A stretch of DNA of 64,000 nt from Candidatus Poribacteria bacterium (GCA_965215015.1 OZ244042.1:4544001-4608000), one strand, 5' to 3'. Numbered from the stretch's first letter, positions 29,945 to 40,442 are shown. Notes: a model not told the origin generated them from the sequence alone. Numbers and translations: made by a program.

Positions 29945-29961
29945 CTGTCCAAGTTCCCTTT

Positions 29962-30915
29962 TTATACCAATGCGCCGGTACAAGATGACCCGCTCCCCGC
30001 TGTACAACCAAAACAGTAACCTCCGGTGACGATTCTTCGACGCGCAAATAGGTCCGGATCTAAATCCTTTATATGTTGCGGCAGCCCTTTCGCTACTGGC
30101 AACTTGAGTGCTAAATTGAAATCGCAGTCGTACAGGCTCCCATCCCACCCAACATTAATCTGGTGGCGACACATTAATCCATCCAGCGTCGCTGAATTAA
30201 AGGAATCGTGGAGGAGCTGATTATACCCCTCAAGCCCATTTTCACGCTTTAAGTCACTACGAAACCGACCGATGGGCATATTAGCAATTGTCAGTAGATG
30301 GGTAAATTCTATGCCATATGCTGATCGCAACTCCTGTCTGTAGTCCGCTTCAAGTTCAGACTGGTCTGCAGGCAGCGTGGGACCGACAGGGTTATATACA
30401 AGGTTTAAGGGAAGATGGGGGACAATTCCATATCCGTGGTTGTTGAGGCGTTTTAACGCTTCGATACTTTCCTCAAAAACGCCTGTGCCGCGTTGTGCGT
30501 CAACGTTTTCTTCGAGGTAACAGGGCAGAGATGCACAAAGTTGGACCGATTGCTCCTGAAAGAAAACGGGAAATGACTCAAAACCGGGTTGAAGTAAAAT
30601 CGTGAGATTGGTTCTCACCATAACAGGAAATCCTTTTTCCCGAACCGTCTTTACAAACCGACGAAACCGTGGATGCATTTCTGGCGCGCCGCCTGTAATA
30701 TCTATCAGTTTGGCATTTGTCTTTTCCGCAGCAGCTATCACATGCCCCATCGTCTCCCAATCCATCATCTCCTTCCGCCTCGGCGAGGAAACCACATGAC
30801 AATGGGTGCACTCTAGATTACACTTGAGACCGATATTCACCTGGATTGTCTCAATATCCAAACTATGTAACCCTTCTCCATTGTATTTTGCGATTACCTT
30901 TTCAAACTCATTCAT
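29962..30915 (-). CDS. arsS: radical SAM protein of the ArsS (arsenosugar biosynthesis / DUF3641) family
   Basis: CNLECTHC, DITGGAPE, SLPCY, LNLVYNP, NMPIGRF, YDCDFN and C-terminal CFGCTAGSGSSC (Cys form). Confidence 0.85.
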   Translation of the reverse strand: MNEFEKVIAKYNGEGLHSLDIETIQVNIGLKCNLECTHCHVVSSPRRKEMMDWETMGHVIAAAEKTNAKLIDITGGAPEMHPRFRRFVKTVREKGFPVMVRTNLTILLQPGFESFPVFFQEQSVQLCASLPCYLEENVDAQRGTGVFEESIEALKRLNNHGYGIVPHLPLNLVYNPVGPTLPADQSELEADYRQELRSAYGIEFTHLLTIANMPIGRFRSDLKRENGLEGYNQLLHDSFNSATLDGLMCRHQINVGWDGSLYDCDFNLALKLPVAKGLPQHIKDLDPDLFARRRIVTGGYCFGCTAGSGSSCTGALV

Positions 30916-31118
30916 AATCGGTGTCTCCTTTTTGCTTCCCGGATTTACTGAAAATCAGTTGAAAACAGTGTGTCAATCTGATAAAATAGCCAAGCATTTT
31001 TACTTTATTGAGGGATGCCCCCGGGTTTGTCAACGATAGGAAGTATACTGACCTAAATGGAACGGACAACGTGATATAGTTCACACTTTCCTAATTCATT
31101 GGATAGAATGGAGAATTT

Positions 31119-31982
31119 ATGAGTGTTAAAATCGGCGTGATTGGCGGCTCAGGATTTTATCAGATGGAGGGACTAATGGACCTGGAAGAGATCGAGGTTG
31201 AGACCCCCTTTGGAAAACCGAGTGATTCGTTAGTTCTAGGTACAATTGAAGGAACGCGCGTTGTATTTCTACCGCGCCACGGCGTGGGGCATCGGTTGCT
31301 CGCATCGGAAATTAATGTACGTGCTAACATCTATGCCTTAAAAAGCTTAGGGATTGAATGGATTATCTCTGCAAGTGCAGTCGGTAGCCTCCGAGCTGAA
31401 ATCGAGCCACGCCACTTTGTTGTTCCCGATCAACTCTATGACCATACCAAGAATCGGGTGGACACCTTCTTTGGTGAAGGACTTTCTGCCCACGTCAGTC
31501 TCGCCCACCCGTTTTGCCCCATCCTGAGTCAACTGCTGTATGACGGTGCCGGTGATATTGGCGCAACCGTTCATAAGGGTGGCACATATATCTGTATGGA
31601 GGGGCCTGCCTTCTCTACCGAAGCCGAATCGAATGTTTATAGACAGCTTGACTTCGATATCATCGGTATGACCGCTGCGCCGGAGGCAAAGCTTGCCCGC
31701 GAGGCAGAAATCTGTTACGGCGTTCTCGCTTGTTCAACCGATTACGACTGTTGGCATCCGGATCATGACGCGGTCACAGCAGAGATGATTTTCCAAAACT
31801 TGTCTGCAAATGTGGAAACTGCTAAACGCATCGTCAGGAGTGTGATACCCAACATTCCTGAGAAACGTGCAGGATGTCCTTGCCCTCAAGCCCTTGAAAA
31901 GTCAATTGCCACAGATCCGACGCGAATACCCGCATCGACGAAGCAGAAACTCGATCTGCTAGTGGGCAAATATCTACAGTAA
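31119..31982 (+). CDS. mtnP: S-methyl-5'-thioadenosine phosphorylase
   Basis: IGGSG, TPFGKPS, LPRHG, SAVGSL, MEGPAFST, IGMT, TDYDCW. Confidence 0.93.
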   Translation: MSVKIGVIGGSGFYQMEGLMDLEEIEVETPFGKPSDSLVLGTIEGTRVVFLPRHGVGHRLLASEINVRANIYALKSLGIEWIISASAVGSLRAEIEPRHFVVPDQLYDHTKNRVDTFFGEGLSAHVSLAHPFCPILSQLLYDGAGDIGATVHKGGTYICMEGPAFSTEAESNVYRQLDFDIIGMTAAPEAKLAREAEICYGVLACSTDYDCWHPDHDAVTAEMIFQNLSANVETAKRIVRSVIPNIPEKRAGCPCPQALEKSIATDPTRIPASTKQKLDLLVGKYLQ

Positions 31983-31983
31983 C

Positions 31984-32991
31984 TTATGAGGCTTCAAGCG
32001 TTGCAAGTAAGTCCGCTGCCCTCTCCCGTTTTGCCGCATCGCTGTCGCGGGCGACGATTCGCTGGAGCACCGAGATTGAGCGTTTGTCCCCCTTTTCCGC
32101 CATCTCAAGTCCCATCTGGTCCCGTTTTTCGTGATAGCTATTATCGTATTCCTTCACCTCCATATCCCACTTCTGCCAGTAATACTGCAAATCATTGGGA
32201 GGCCAATCCGTGTAAATATCTTCCCAAGTGGCCGGCTGGGCATGTGGTAGCAAGCTGCCCGGGGCAATCGGGTCACTGATTTTCTGGTATCTAGCGTCAA
32301 TTGACATTCGGAGCCGGTCGCTGGAGTTGGACATTCCCTTGTGCACTGCCATGCTGTGGAAGATTAGAACATCTCCCTGCTTGAACGGGTTGTTTACCCA
32401 CGTGCCTTCGAGCGGATTGGTGACCGCAATGCCACCCGCGCCCATCGCAGGGCGAAAATCGTAGATGCCGTGCCGATGCGATCCGGACGCAATCTGGAGT
32501 CCCCCCAATTCTGGTGGTATATCGCTTAAGGGTATCCATGCGGTGTAGGTCTCGACTGTACCTTGGATAGGGATAAAGTCTTGATGCGGGGGGGTGGTGA
32601 ACACTTCCCGTTGCGGAAAGATTGTTCGTCCGATGATGCGAGCGTGCGGCATCGCTGGATCGCCCAGTATCCGCTCTATTACCCCAATCAGGTTTGGGTG
32701 GTGTTGTAGTGCCTGAAATTCTTGGAGTTTGTACATGTGGGCATACACCCCCATGTACTCCGGTTCCGGTTCGACACAAAAACCGTCTAGGTCTGCGATG
32801 GCATCTCCCAAGGATGTGTCTTTCTTAACCCAACCTGCATCACGTGCAATCTCAAGACACTGCATCCGCAAGTTCTCCAGCACGTCGATGGGTAGCAGCC
32901 CACGCATGAATAGATATCCGTCTCGCTGCGCGCGTTCCCGCAGTTCAAGTTCATCATTCACAACATCTGTCGAATCGAGAAAAGGTTGCAT
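31984..32991 (-). CDS. PhyH family Fe/2OG oxygenase with C-terminal extension
   Basis: PHQD, TAWIPL, GSH, VHKG, RMSIDARY. Confidence 0.88.
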   Translation of the reverse strand: MQPFLDSTDVVNDELELRERAQRDGYLFMRGLLPIDVLENLRMQCLEIARDAGWVKKDTSLGDAIADLDGFCVEPEPEYMGVYAHMYKLQEFQALQHHPNLIGVIERILGDPAMPHARIIGRTIFPQREVFTTPPHQDFIPIQGTVETYTAWIPLSDIPPELGGLQIASGSHRHGIYDFRPAMGAGGIAVTNPLEGTWVNNPFKQGDVLIFHSMAVHKGMSNSSDRLRMSIDARYQKISDPIAPGSLLPHAQPATWEDIYTDWPPNDLQYYWQKWDMEVKEYDNSYHEKRDQMGLEMAEKGDKRSISVLQRIVARDSDAAKRERAADLLATLEAS

Positions 32992-33135
32992 CTGATTCCC
33001 TCCTTAAAGATGTTTCATAGAAAAGCTTATCATGGATTCTGAGAGGTGTCAACTTCCTTTTTAACGCGGAAAATGGGTAAATGGCAGGCTGTTTACGTTC
33101 TAACCATCTCCATTGGCTAAATCGGTGAAAGTTTG

Positions 33136-34038
33136 CTATTCTACGATTTTTTCGGGAAGCATTAACTGCTCAGGTCGCTCGATTAGGGCTTCATGCAAGT
33201 GTTTAGGGGTAAAGTTTGTTACCAATGCCTCAAGCACCGGTTTTCTATTGGCTTCCTTTGCACCAACGTGATAAAAATGTTCCTTAGTGAGGATGTTAAA
33301 TCTTGACCACAGCGTACGGAGGAAGGCGTTTTCTCGGTGCTGGTTACTATGCCAAGTCGATAAAATAAACTTGCAAGGGCACTGACTCAGAATCGTGAAC
33401 AGTTGGCGCTCATTATCTTCGTTCCAGCTATCGAAGTAATCAACGTGCCTTCCAACGTAAGGCGGATCGCAATATATAAAATCACTCTCAGAAATTCCAC
33501 TCAGTGTTTCTCTAAAGTCTTGGCATACGAATGACCAGTTAAAATCCCGTGAAATGGCGTGAACAAAGTCAACCTGATTCACAATCTTGGTAATATATGC
33601 CTTGGAAAATCGCTGTGGTTTGTGACCGAAGGGAACATTGAAGCCGCCCTTGCTGTTAAATCGAATCACGCCGTTGAAGCAGGATCGGTTCAGAAAAAGG
33701 AAATCTAAAGGGTCGTGATACTTATTGAACCGGGCTCGCACCTCATAGTAGTAACCTTTACCACATTGAGACAGGATTTCACCTTCACGTTCAAGAAAAT
33801 TTCTAACTTTCAAACCGTCGAGGCTTCCGATAGCAATCGCCCCATAGAAGTTAATTAAGTGCGGGTTACTATCTGCAAACAGTGCATTGCGCGGCATGAT
33901 ATTGAAACCGACGCCCCCTGATCCCATAAAAGGTTCGATCCATGTCCCATCGAAAGACCAGTCTACGGTTCGCTTAATCCAAGGTATAAGCTTGCTCTTT
34001 ATCCCTTGGCACTTAATTGGTGGAACCATAACTCTCAT
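33136..34038 (-). CDS. Dam-family N6-adenine DNA methyltransferase, M.EcoRV-like
   Basis: EPFMGSG, YCDPPY; segments [31 protein letters not shown] and [11 protein letters not shown] match M.EcoRV as I recall it. Confidence 0.92.
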   Translation of the reverse strand: MRVMVPPIKCQGIKSKLIPWIKRTVDWSFDGTWIEPFMGSGGVGFNIMPRNALFADSNPHLINFYGAIAIGSLDGLKVRNFLEREGEILSQCGKGYYYEVRARFNKYHDPLDFLFLNRSCFNGVIRFNSKGGFNVPFGHKPQRFSKAYITKIVNQVDFVHAISRDFNWSFVCQDFRETLSGISESDFIYCDPPYVGRHVDYFDSWNEDNERQLFTILSQCPCKFILSTWHSNQHRENAFLRTLWSRFNILTKEHFYHVGAKEANRKPVLEALVTNFTPKHLHEALIERPEQLMLPEKIVE

Positions 34039-34169
34039 GAGAGACTCCTATTGTTAATCCGAGTTTTTCTCGTTTTGGGGACAATGAGTCGAGTATCTCC
34101 GCCTCGATATATGACAAAATCTTTCAAATTGGTAATCTTTTTTGTCCCACCCTCAATTTGGGAGCAACT
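34035..34169 (-). pseudogene. 3' remnant of a deleted upstream gene, probably the cognate restriction endonuclease
   Basis: Start-less 44-codon frame ...GGTKKITNLKDFVIYRGGDTRLIVPK...* whose TGA overlaps the MTase ATG (ATGA). Confidence 0.45.
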
Positions 34170-34259
34170 TTACCGATGAATCTCATGATAAAGGAACCCA
34201 CTCAACTTAGCAAAGGTCTGGAATCATGGGACGGTTTGATTGTTGAAATTAAGAATAAG

Positions 34260-35603
34260 TCAAGGTTTTACTCGTTCCAAGGCATCTATCAGGCTTTTTT
34301 CAATCAGATCGCACAGCTCATCTATATCCGATTTCTCCGCAATCAACGCCGGTGCTACCGCAAACCATGTCGGATCGACACGAATAACTAGACCGTTTTT
34401 GAGCGCAGTCTGCTTCAAAGCACTCCCCAGTTCGGGATAAGGCTGCATGGTATGGTTATTCTTCACTAACTCTACGCCCCGCAATACACCCCGTCCACGG
34501 ACTTCACGGACAACGCCGTACCGCTTCAATCCCTCAAGTCTTGCTGTAAGATAGTCTCCCAATTCACGCGCTTTGTAATCGAGTTGCTTTTCCGCAATTT
34601 CATCAATAACGGCGATGCCCACAGCGCACGCAAGCGGATTGCCTGCGAATGTATGACCATGTGCAAAATTCACGTCATCCGCTGCCGGACCGTAGAAGAT
34701 CTCCCCCATGTCCTCCCGCGCCATCATAGCACCCAAGGGGATTGCCCCGCTCGAAAGTCCCTTCCCGCCGCAGATAATATCCGGTGTTACACCGAAGGTC
34801 TGCGCCGCGAACATAGATCCCGTCCGAGCAAATCCGGTGATGATTTCATCGTAGATTAGAATGACATTATAGCAATCGCAAATCTCGCGGATTATCTGAA
34901 AATACTCCACAGTTGGCGTGATCATGCCCCCTGTGTTACCGATAGGTTCGATAATGAGGCCGGCGACGGTATCCGGGTCTTCGTTAATGATCACGTCCTC
35001 AAACATCTGTGCACAAAAGCGGTTGCACTCCTCCCAAGAAGAGAAGCGGTCACGGTAATAGGTCGGTGGAAACACCTTGAGAAAGCCCCCCATCTGCGGC
35101 TCAAACGCAGTTTTGCGCTTACCGGTGCCGCTGGCAGACATGGCACCGAAGGTCGCTCCGTGATACCCCAAATACCGGCTGATGAACTTGTACTTGCCCG
35201 GTTGGCCGCTCTGCTTAAAATACTGACGGGTGAACTTCATGGCGGACTCGATTGACTCCGAACCGCCGCTGTAGGGTTTGATATAGTTCAAATGACCGGG
35301 CGTGACCTCGCCCAGCTTCTCGATGAAATCCAGCGTGATATCTGCAATCCCGTGCATAGAAGGCACAAAACTCAACGTTTCCATCTGCTGCTGCATCGCC
35401 GCCATAAGTCGCGGGTGCTTGTGTCCAAGCGTAGCGACGAATATCCCGCCGATTCCGTCAAAATAACGCTTTCCCTCTACATCCCAATAGTAGAGTCCCT
35501 CCGCACGCTGTACGATGAGCGGATTTTTGAAAAATTCCGCTGTTTGCTGGTAGTCTAGAAAGGTGCGCTTGAGTAGTTTCCTTTGACGTTTGTTAAGATT
35601 CAC
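34260..35603 (-). CDS. class III PLP aminotransferase
   Basis: GGSESIE, GYHG, IIEPI, YDEIITGFARTG, PDIICGGKG, HGHTFAG. Confidence 0.93.
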   Translation of the reverse strand: MNLNKRQRKLLKRTFLDYQQTAEFFKNPLIVQRAEGLYYWDVEGKRYFDGIGGIFVATLGHKHPRLMAAMQQQMETLSFVPSMHGIADITLDFIEKLGEVTPGHLNYIKPYSGGSESIESAMKFTRQYFKQSGQPGKYKFISRYLGYHGATFGAMSASGTGKRKTAFEPQMGGFLKVFPPTYYRDRFSSWEECNRFCAQMFEDVIINEDPDTVAGLIIEPIGNTGGMITPTVEYFQIIREICDCYNVILIYDEIITGFARTGSMFAAQTFGVTPDIICGGKGLSSGAIPLGAMMAREDMGEIFYGPAADDVNFAHGHTFAGNPLACAVGIAVIDEIAEKQLDYKARELGDYLTARLEGLKRYGVVREVRGRGVLRGVELVKNNHTMQPYPELGSALKQTALKNGLVIRVDPTWFAVAPALIAEKSDIDELCDLIEKSLIDALERVKP

Positions 35604-36118
35604 TCGGTTTCCCTTTCTTCATTTAAGAACTGTCGCTGACTTCTAAGGGCGAAAGACCTATCGTCAATTGCCCGCTGCACCGCCAATATGCCATCGAGAT
35701 GATCTACCTCGTGCTGTAACAGTTCCGAGAGGTCTCCCTCAAGCCCCATGCTTTGTTCCTCCCAATTCTCATCCCGATATATAATCCGACACCTCTGATG
35801 GCGATGCACCTTGACGAGGAGTTCAGGAAAACTCATGCAGTCATCCCACAGCTCCATCATCGTCGTGCTTTTGAGATCTAAGACCGGGTTGATAAAGACC
35901 ACCGGCTCCTCAATGTGCATGTAGACCATCCGTTTCATCACGCCAATCTGCGGTGCGGCGATGGCTCGTCCAGCGTTGTATTTTTCTTTGAAAGCCATCA
36001 GCGTGTCATGGAGATCTTGGATGATAGGTTTAATCTCTGCCAGCTGCGCTTCTTGTACTGGCGTACACATCTCAAAAAGTTTAGGGTTTCCCAGCAGTAA
36101 AATTTCCCTAACTGCCAT
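35600..36118 (-). CDS. def: peptide deformylase (variant motifs)
   Basis: GRAIAAPQIG, FINP, DDCMS, QHEVDHLDG. Confidence 0.88.
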   Translation of the reverse strand: MAVREILLLGNPKLFEMCTPVQEAQLAEIKPIIQDLHDTLMAFKEKYNAGRAIAAPQIGVMKRMVYMHIEEPVVFINPVLDLKSTTMMELWDDCMSFPELLVKVHRHQRCRIIYRDENWEEQSMGLEGDLSELLQHEVDHLDGILAVQRAIDDRSFALRSQRQFLNEERETE

Positions 36119-36139
36119 TTTTCATGCCTCGCTTCAGGG

Positions 36140-37324
36140 TTAGGAGTGATCTAACTCCCAGATCGGGACGTACACAGGGAATATCGTTTGTAGAATTTCA
36201 CCCGTTATACCGCTAAATTCTACCGGCTTTGCGGTAGAATGTGCACCAAAAATCAGCTGCGTCAGTTGCCGACGGGTTAATACCACAAGCTCCGCTGATC
36301 GCTCAGTTGAGAGGTCAACCGCCCCATCCTGAAACTTGAGGGTCACGACTTCGTCCGTTTCGCGACAGACAAGGCAAACCTCCCCGCGCAATCCAGCCGA
36401 CCTACTTTGTAGGTGATGCTCAATTTGTTTTAACAGTCTCTCAAGGCTATTGACGCGCATCATCTGATAGCCCACGCCTTTGGCTTCTTCGATAGGGCGT
36501 CCGCACCCCGGTTTCTTTCTCTCCATAAGCTGTCCTAGGTTCGATGGCAGCAGGGGCAGGAGTACTTGGATTTCCGAATCGATGTTTCGTTCTAACAAGA
36601 CATGTTTGACCAGCGTTTCTACCCCCCCTATATCGCCCCCGCCTTCAATCAATCCGGGCTTGTTTACCCCTTCTCCGAACATCAGATAAGCGACGACCTC
36701 CTCTTCGTTCATCGCCAAGAAGGTCGTTGTCTGGGGCAAAGAAAAAAGGGCGCGGTATTCCTCACTAGAGCGGGCTATTCGGTGTGGCTCCGCATCGTGG
36801 AACCTCATCATCGCCTGAAATTGATTGGGATGCGTCGGGTCGTATTGAACCACGTCGAAAGGGCTGCTCTCAAAAAGTACGTGTTCCTCTGGGCAAAGAT
36901 GGTAGAGCCAACCCTGTGATCCAACCGCCTCCCAACCGGACTGCTGATAGAAGGGAAAAGTTGCTTCAAGCGTCCATAGCACAGACAAGGGGCAATCCTC
37001 GTCCTCCATGATCCGGACACAGTCCTGAAGGCAAAGGGTGGCATATCCGCGTCTACGATAATCCGGGTGCGTAACGGTCGGACTGATGATGCCGATCCGC
37101 AGTCTGTCGTCTCCTACGACTGCCTCGCGTAGCCAAACCGGCACATGGGCAACAACTACCCCGTCTACCTTGAGGATACGCATATACTTCATTTTTGAAT
37201 GATTAAACACCAACGGATAGTCTGTGCGAATATCTTGGTTTGTCCCCGCTCTGAACACCTGATTAATCAGGGCAATCACCTCTTCAAACTCGGCTGCCTG
37301 ACATGCGCGTGGTCCATCTATCAT
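36140..37324 (-). CDS. GNAT family acetyltransferase (Eis-like with SCP2-like C-terminus)
   Basis: VTHPDYRRRGYA acetyl-CoA motif, FYQQSGW, C-terminal LTQLIFG. Confidence 0.8.
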   Translation of the reverse strand: MIDGPRACQAAEFEEVIALINQVFRAGTNQDIRTDYPLVFNHSKMKYMRILKVDGVVVAHVPVWLREAVVGDDRLRIGIISPTVTHPDYRRRGYATLCLQDCVRIMEDEDCPLSVLWTLEATFPFYQQSGWEAVGSQGWLYHLCPEEHVLFESSPFDVVQYDPTHPNQFQAMMRFHDAEPHRIARSSEEYRALFSLPQTTTFLAMNEEEVVAYLMFGEGVNKPGLIEGGGDIGGVETLVKHVLLERNIDSEIQVLLPLLPSNLGQLMERKKPGCGRPIEEAKGVGYQMMRVNSLERLLKQIEHHLQSRSAGLRGEVCLVCRETDEVVTLKFQDGAVDLSTERSAELVVLTRRQLTQLIFGAHSTAKPVEFSGITGEILQTIFPVYVPIWELDHS

Positions 37325-37368
37325 CGATTTCTCCCCTCAAATCCATCAAATAAAGTTGCGGAAATACC

Positions 37369-39081
37369 TCATCGGGGTATGATCGGCAGAATCAGCCGGG
37401 ACGGGTACTCCGTATTGTGGAACACGGTTTGGTGTGCGACCTGTAGCTGCGTATCTGACCAGAAATCTGCGCCGGTGTTGTGGTTGCGATCAAAGTTGGG
37501 GAAATCGGAACTTGACACATCGAGGCGAATTCGATGCCCCCGCCGGAATAAGATCCCTGTTGGATTGAGGCGGATAGTGTATTCATAGGGCTGCCCCGGC
37601 TCAATGAGGCTTGGATTGTCGTAACCGTCTCGATACCGTGCCCGCATGATGCCGTATGTCAGATTTACTGCCAGACCGTTGGGGTGCACACCAATCAACT
37701 TGGCGGTGAAATCGGTGTCGGGTGCGCTTGAGGCAGCCCACAGCTTCAGCACTACCGGTCCTGTCACCTCAATCTCCTCCTGAAGCGGTGGTGTTTGGTA
37801 GACCAGAATATCCCCTCTCCCGTTCAGTGGGGATTGATCTCTCGGTGCCGCTTGAGCATCAATTCCCATCAGGCTCATCACCGGATCTCTGGGATCATAA
37901 TCATACATATCGGGGGGCTCCTCCCCCGGTTCAGAGATGGAAAGCACCCCATCGCCCCGCCCGGTATTGGCGGCACCACCACTGTGCAGGAAAAACTCGG
38001 TGTATTGTGTACACGCTAGGGGCCACTCGTGTTCAAAACGCCATCTGTTTTCACCCATGATAAATAGCTTCACCGGCGGCTCAGATTCGACCCCATTATC
38101 AATCTCTTTGAGATGGTAGTTGTACCATCGGACCACCTCTTGAGGATACGTGGTATCTGCATCAGTGCCGAAGTCCAGCGGTCCTTGGATTCGAGTTAAG
38201 TTATTGCTATTATGTCCCCACGGACCGACGATGAGCCGGTGTTGGTTTCGCAACAATTCGGGACCTGCTTTTACCATACCTGTGAAGTTGTCAATTGTCC
38301 CGATGAGCCGGTCGTACCAACCCGTCAACTGGCATGTGGGGACGTTCACCTTGTGGTGAATCTCTTGAAACGCCCAGAACTCCTTATTTTGTTCTCTGAG
38401 ATAGGTTTTGAGGAGTGGGGTCAGGGTGGAAAACAGATAGTCGGGGAGTCCGTCCAACGGCAGATACCAGATCCACTTACCACGTTCTACTTCGTACCAC
38501 TGGGCATCGGCTTCATCCTCGGATTTGGGACCAAACTCGTCCCCCACCCGGCGACGTGCGTTGACCGCCATCTTGTGAGTCCACTGGAGGCGACGCCCTG
38601 TTTCAAAGATGCCAAAGTTTAGATCAAGCAGCCGCGCCGACATACCACTTGCAAACAACGCCTTGAGAGAGGGCGGCTGCGTTCCAGCGAGACGCCAGAT
38701 ACACCACGACGGATAGGAGTGCCCCCATGTCCCGGCCTGTCCATCGCTACCGGGTATACCCGCTGCCCACTCAACGGTATCGTAACCATCTTGGACGTCG
38801 AAGGTCTCCGCGTTGTTCTGAAATTGCCAGAAATACTCCCCATCGGAAACACCCCGTCCTCGGATATCTTGGACGATAGCGATGTAACCGTTGGCAGCCA
38901 ATGCTCGCGCTGTCTGGATATAGGCCTCTTGCCCCTTGTCATACGGCGTGCGGCACAATAACACCGGACAGGCTGCCGCCCCAACTGGGCGATATATGTC
39001 CGACCGTAGCAGTACACCGTCGCGCATTTCGGTGGGAACGTCCCGTTCAACAGTTATGGAGAAATCCGCGCTTTTAGCCAT
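37369..39081 (-). CDS. CocE/NonD family serine hydrolase
   Basis: MRDGV.L, RTPY, QDIRGRG.SDG, GHSY nucleophile elbow, GWYD, GPWGH, SSSDFP. Confidence 0.93.
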   Translation of the reverse strand: MAKSADFSITVERDVPTEMRDGVLLRSDIYRPVGAAACPVLLCRTPYDKGQEAYIQTARALAANGYIAIVQDIRGRGVSDGEYFWQFQNNAETFDVQDGYDTVEWAAGIPGSDGQAGTWGHSYPSWCIWRLAGTQPPSLKALFASGMSARLLDLNFGIFETGRRLQWTHKMAVNARRRVGDEFGPKSEDEADAQWYEVERGKWIWYLPLDGLPDYLFSTLTPLLKTYLREQNKEFWAFQEIHHKVNVPTCQLTGWYDRLIGTIDNFTGMVKAGPELLRNQHRLIVGPWGHNSNNLTRIQGPLDFGTDADTTYPQEVVRWYNYHLKEIDNGVESEPPVKLFIMGENRWRFEHEWPLACTQYTEFFLHSGGAANTGRGDGVLSISEPGEEPPDMYDYDPRDPVMSLMGIDAQAAPRDQSPLNGRGDILVYQTPPLQEEIEVTGPVVLKLWAASSAPDTDFTAKLIGVHPNGLAVNLTYGIMRARYRDGYDNPSLIEPGQPYEYTIRLNPTGILFRRGHRIRLDVSSSDFPNFDRNHNTGADFWSDTQLQVAHQTVFHNTEYPSRLILPIIPR

Positions 39082-39199
39082 AAGGTTATCCTGTCTTCGC
39101 TGTGCCAAACCCGGAGGCAGTCGTGTCGAGATGTGAATATCGGGCTACACGTTATTACAACTGATTATATCTCGTACCCTGAGAGGCACACCCGTTCCG

Positions 39200-40396
39200 C
39201 TACAGTTCTACGCCGAGTACTTTGGCAATGGTGTACACATCTTTATCCCCACGCCCGGAGAGGCAGAGGACAATGATTTGGTCTCGATTGAGTGTCGGTG
39301 CGAGTTTGCTGAGGTATGCCATCGCGTGGGCTGCTTCCAGCGCGGGGATGATTCCTTCTGCCTCTGATAATAGCTTGAACCCTTCGACCGATTCCTCATC
39401 AGTAACCGAAACATATTCGGCGCGACCTGTTGCCTTGTAGAAGCTATGTTCGGGACCAACACCGGGATAATCCAAACCCGCTGAAATGGAGTGTGCAGGC
39501 GTGATTTGCCCGTCGTCTTCCTGTAGCAGGTAGCACTTCGCACCGTGAAACACACCAATGCTGCCCGCGCTAATGGGGGCCGCGTGTTTGCCGCTGAGTA
39601 TACTTTCGCCTGCCGCTTCGACGCCGATTAGCTTCACAGTGCTATCCGAGTAGAACGGGTAAAACATGCCTACCGAATTGCTGCCACCGCCGACGCAGGC
39701 AACGACATAATCTGGTAATCGTCCTGCTTGCTTAAGGGTCTGCGATCTGGCTTCCTGACCGATGACAGCTTGAAAATCTCGAACAATCATCGGATACGGG
39801 TGGGGACCAACGACAGATCCGATCAGATAGTATGTCGTCCGAACATTCGTTACCCAATCGCGGAAAGCGGCGTTGATTGCATCCTTGAGCGTGCACGAGC
39901 CAGAGTCTACCGGCGTTACCTTTGTGCCCAACAATCGCATACGAAAAACGTTCAGGGCTTGTCTCACTATATCCTCTTCGCCCATATAGACTTCGCACTC
40001 CATATCGAACTTTGCTGCTACGGTTGCTGTTGCGACGCCATGTTGTCCGGCACCTGTCTCAGCGATAATCCGATTTTTGCCCATCCGTCGAGCGAGCAAG
40101 ATCTGCCCGATGGTGTTGTTGATTTTGTGTGCACCCGTGTGATTGAGGTCCTCTCGCTTGAGGTAGATTTTTGCTCCACCGAGTGCTTGGGTCAGACGCT
40201 CGGCGTAGTACAGCGGGTTGGGACGCCCGACATATTCACGGAGGTAGTATTGAAATTCCTCTTGGAAATCGGAGTCCTCTCTTAGGGACATATAGGCGTC
40301 CTCTAGCTCTAATAACGGGGACATTAATGTCTCCGGAGCATATCTGCCGCCGAATTCCCCGAAATGTCCTGTTGCGTCAGGTAAATTCTGATTCAA
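39200..40396 (-). CDS. trpB: tryptophan synthase beta chain
   Basis: [50 protein letters not shown]; TTG start after AGGAGG. Confidence 0.97.
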   Translation of the reverse strand: MNQNLPDATGHFGEFGGRYAPETLMSPLLELEDAYMSLREDSDFQEEFQYYLREYVGRPNPLYYAERLTQALGGAKIYLKREDLNHTGAHKINNTIGQILLARRMGKNRIIAETGAGQHGVATATVAAKFDMECEVYMGEEDIVRQALNVFRMRLLGTKVTPVDSGSCTLKDAINAAFRDWVTNVRTTYYLIGSVVGPHPYPMIVRDFQAVIGQEARSQTLKQAGRLPDYVVACVGGGSNSVGMFYPFYSDSTVKLIGVEAAGESILSGKHAAPISAGSIGVFHGAKCYLLQEDDGQITPAHSISAGLDYPGVGPEHSFYKATGRAEYVSVTDEESVEGFKLLSEAEGIIPALEAAHAMAYLSKLAPTLNRDQIIVLCLSGRGDKDVYTIAKVLGVEL

Positions 40397-40442
40397 TGTG
40401 GTAACTCCTCCTATTTTTGATATGTTGTCGCAATTCGATTTC

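Noticed and set aside
29962-30915. ArsS as a second selenoprotein
   Set aside because: The C-terminal GSSC position is TGT and the gene ends at TAA.
26511-32991. Fe/2OG halogenases
   Set aside because: All four retain the Asp of HxD.
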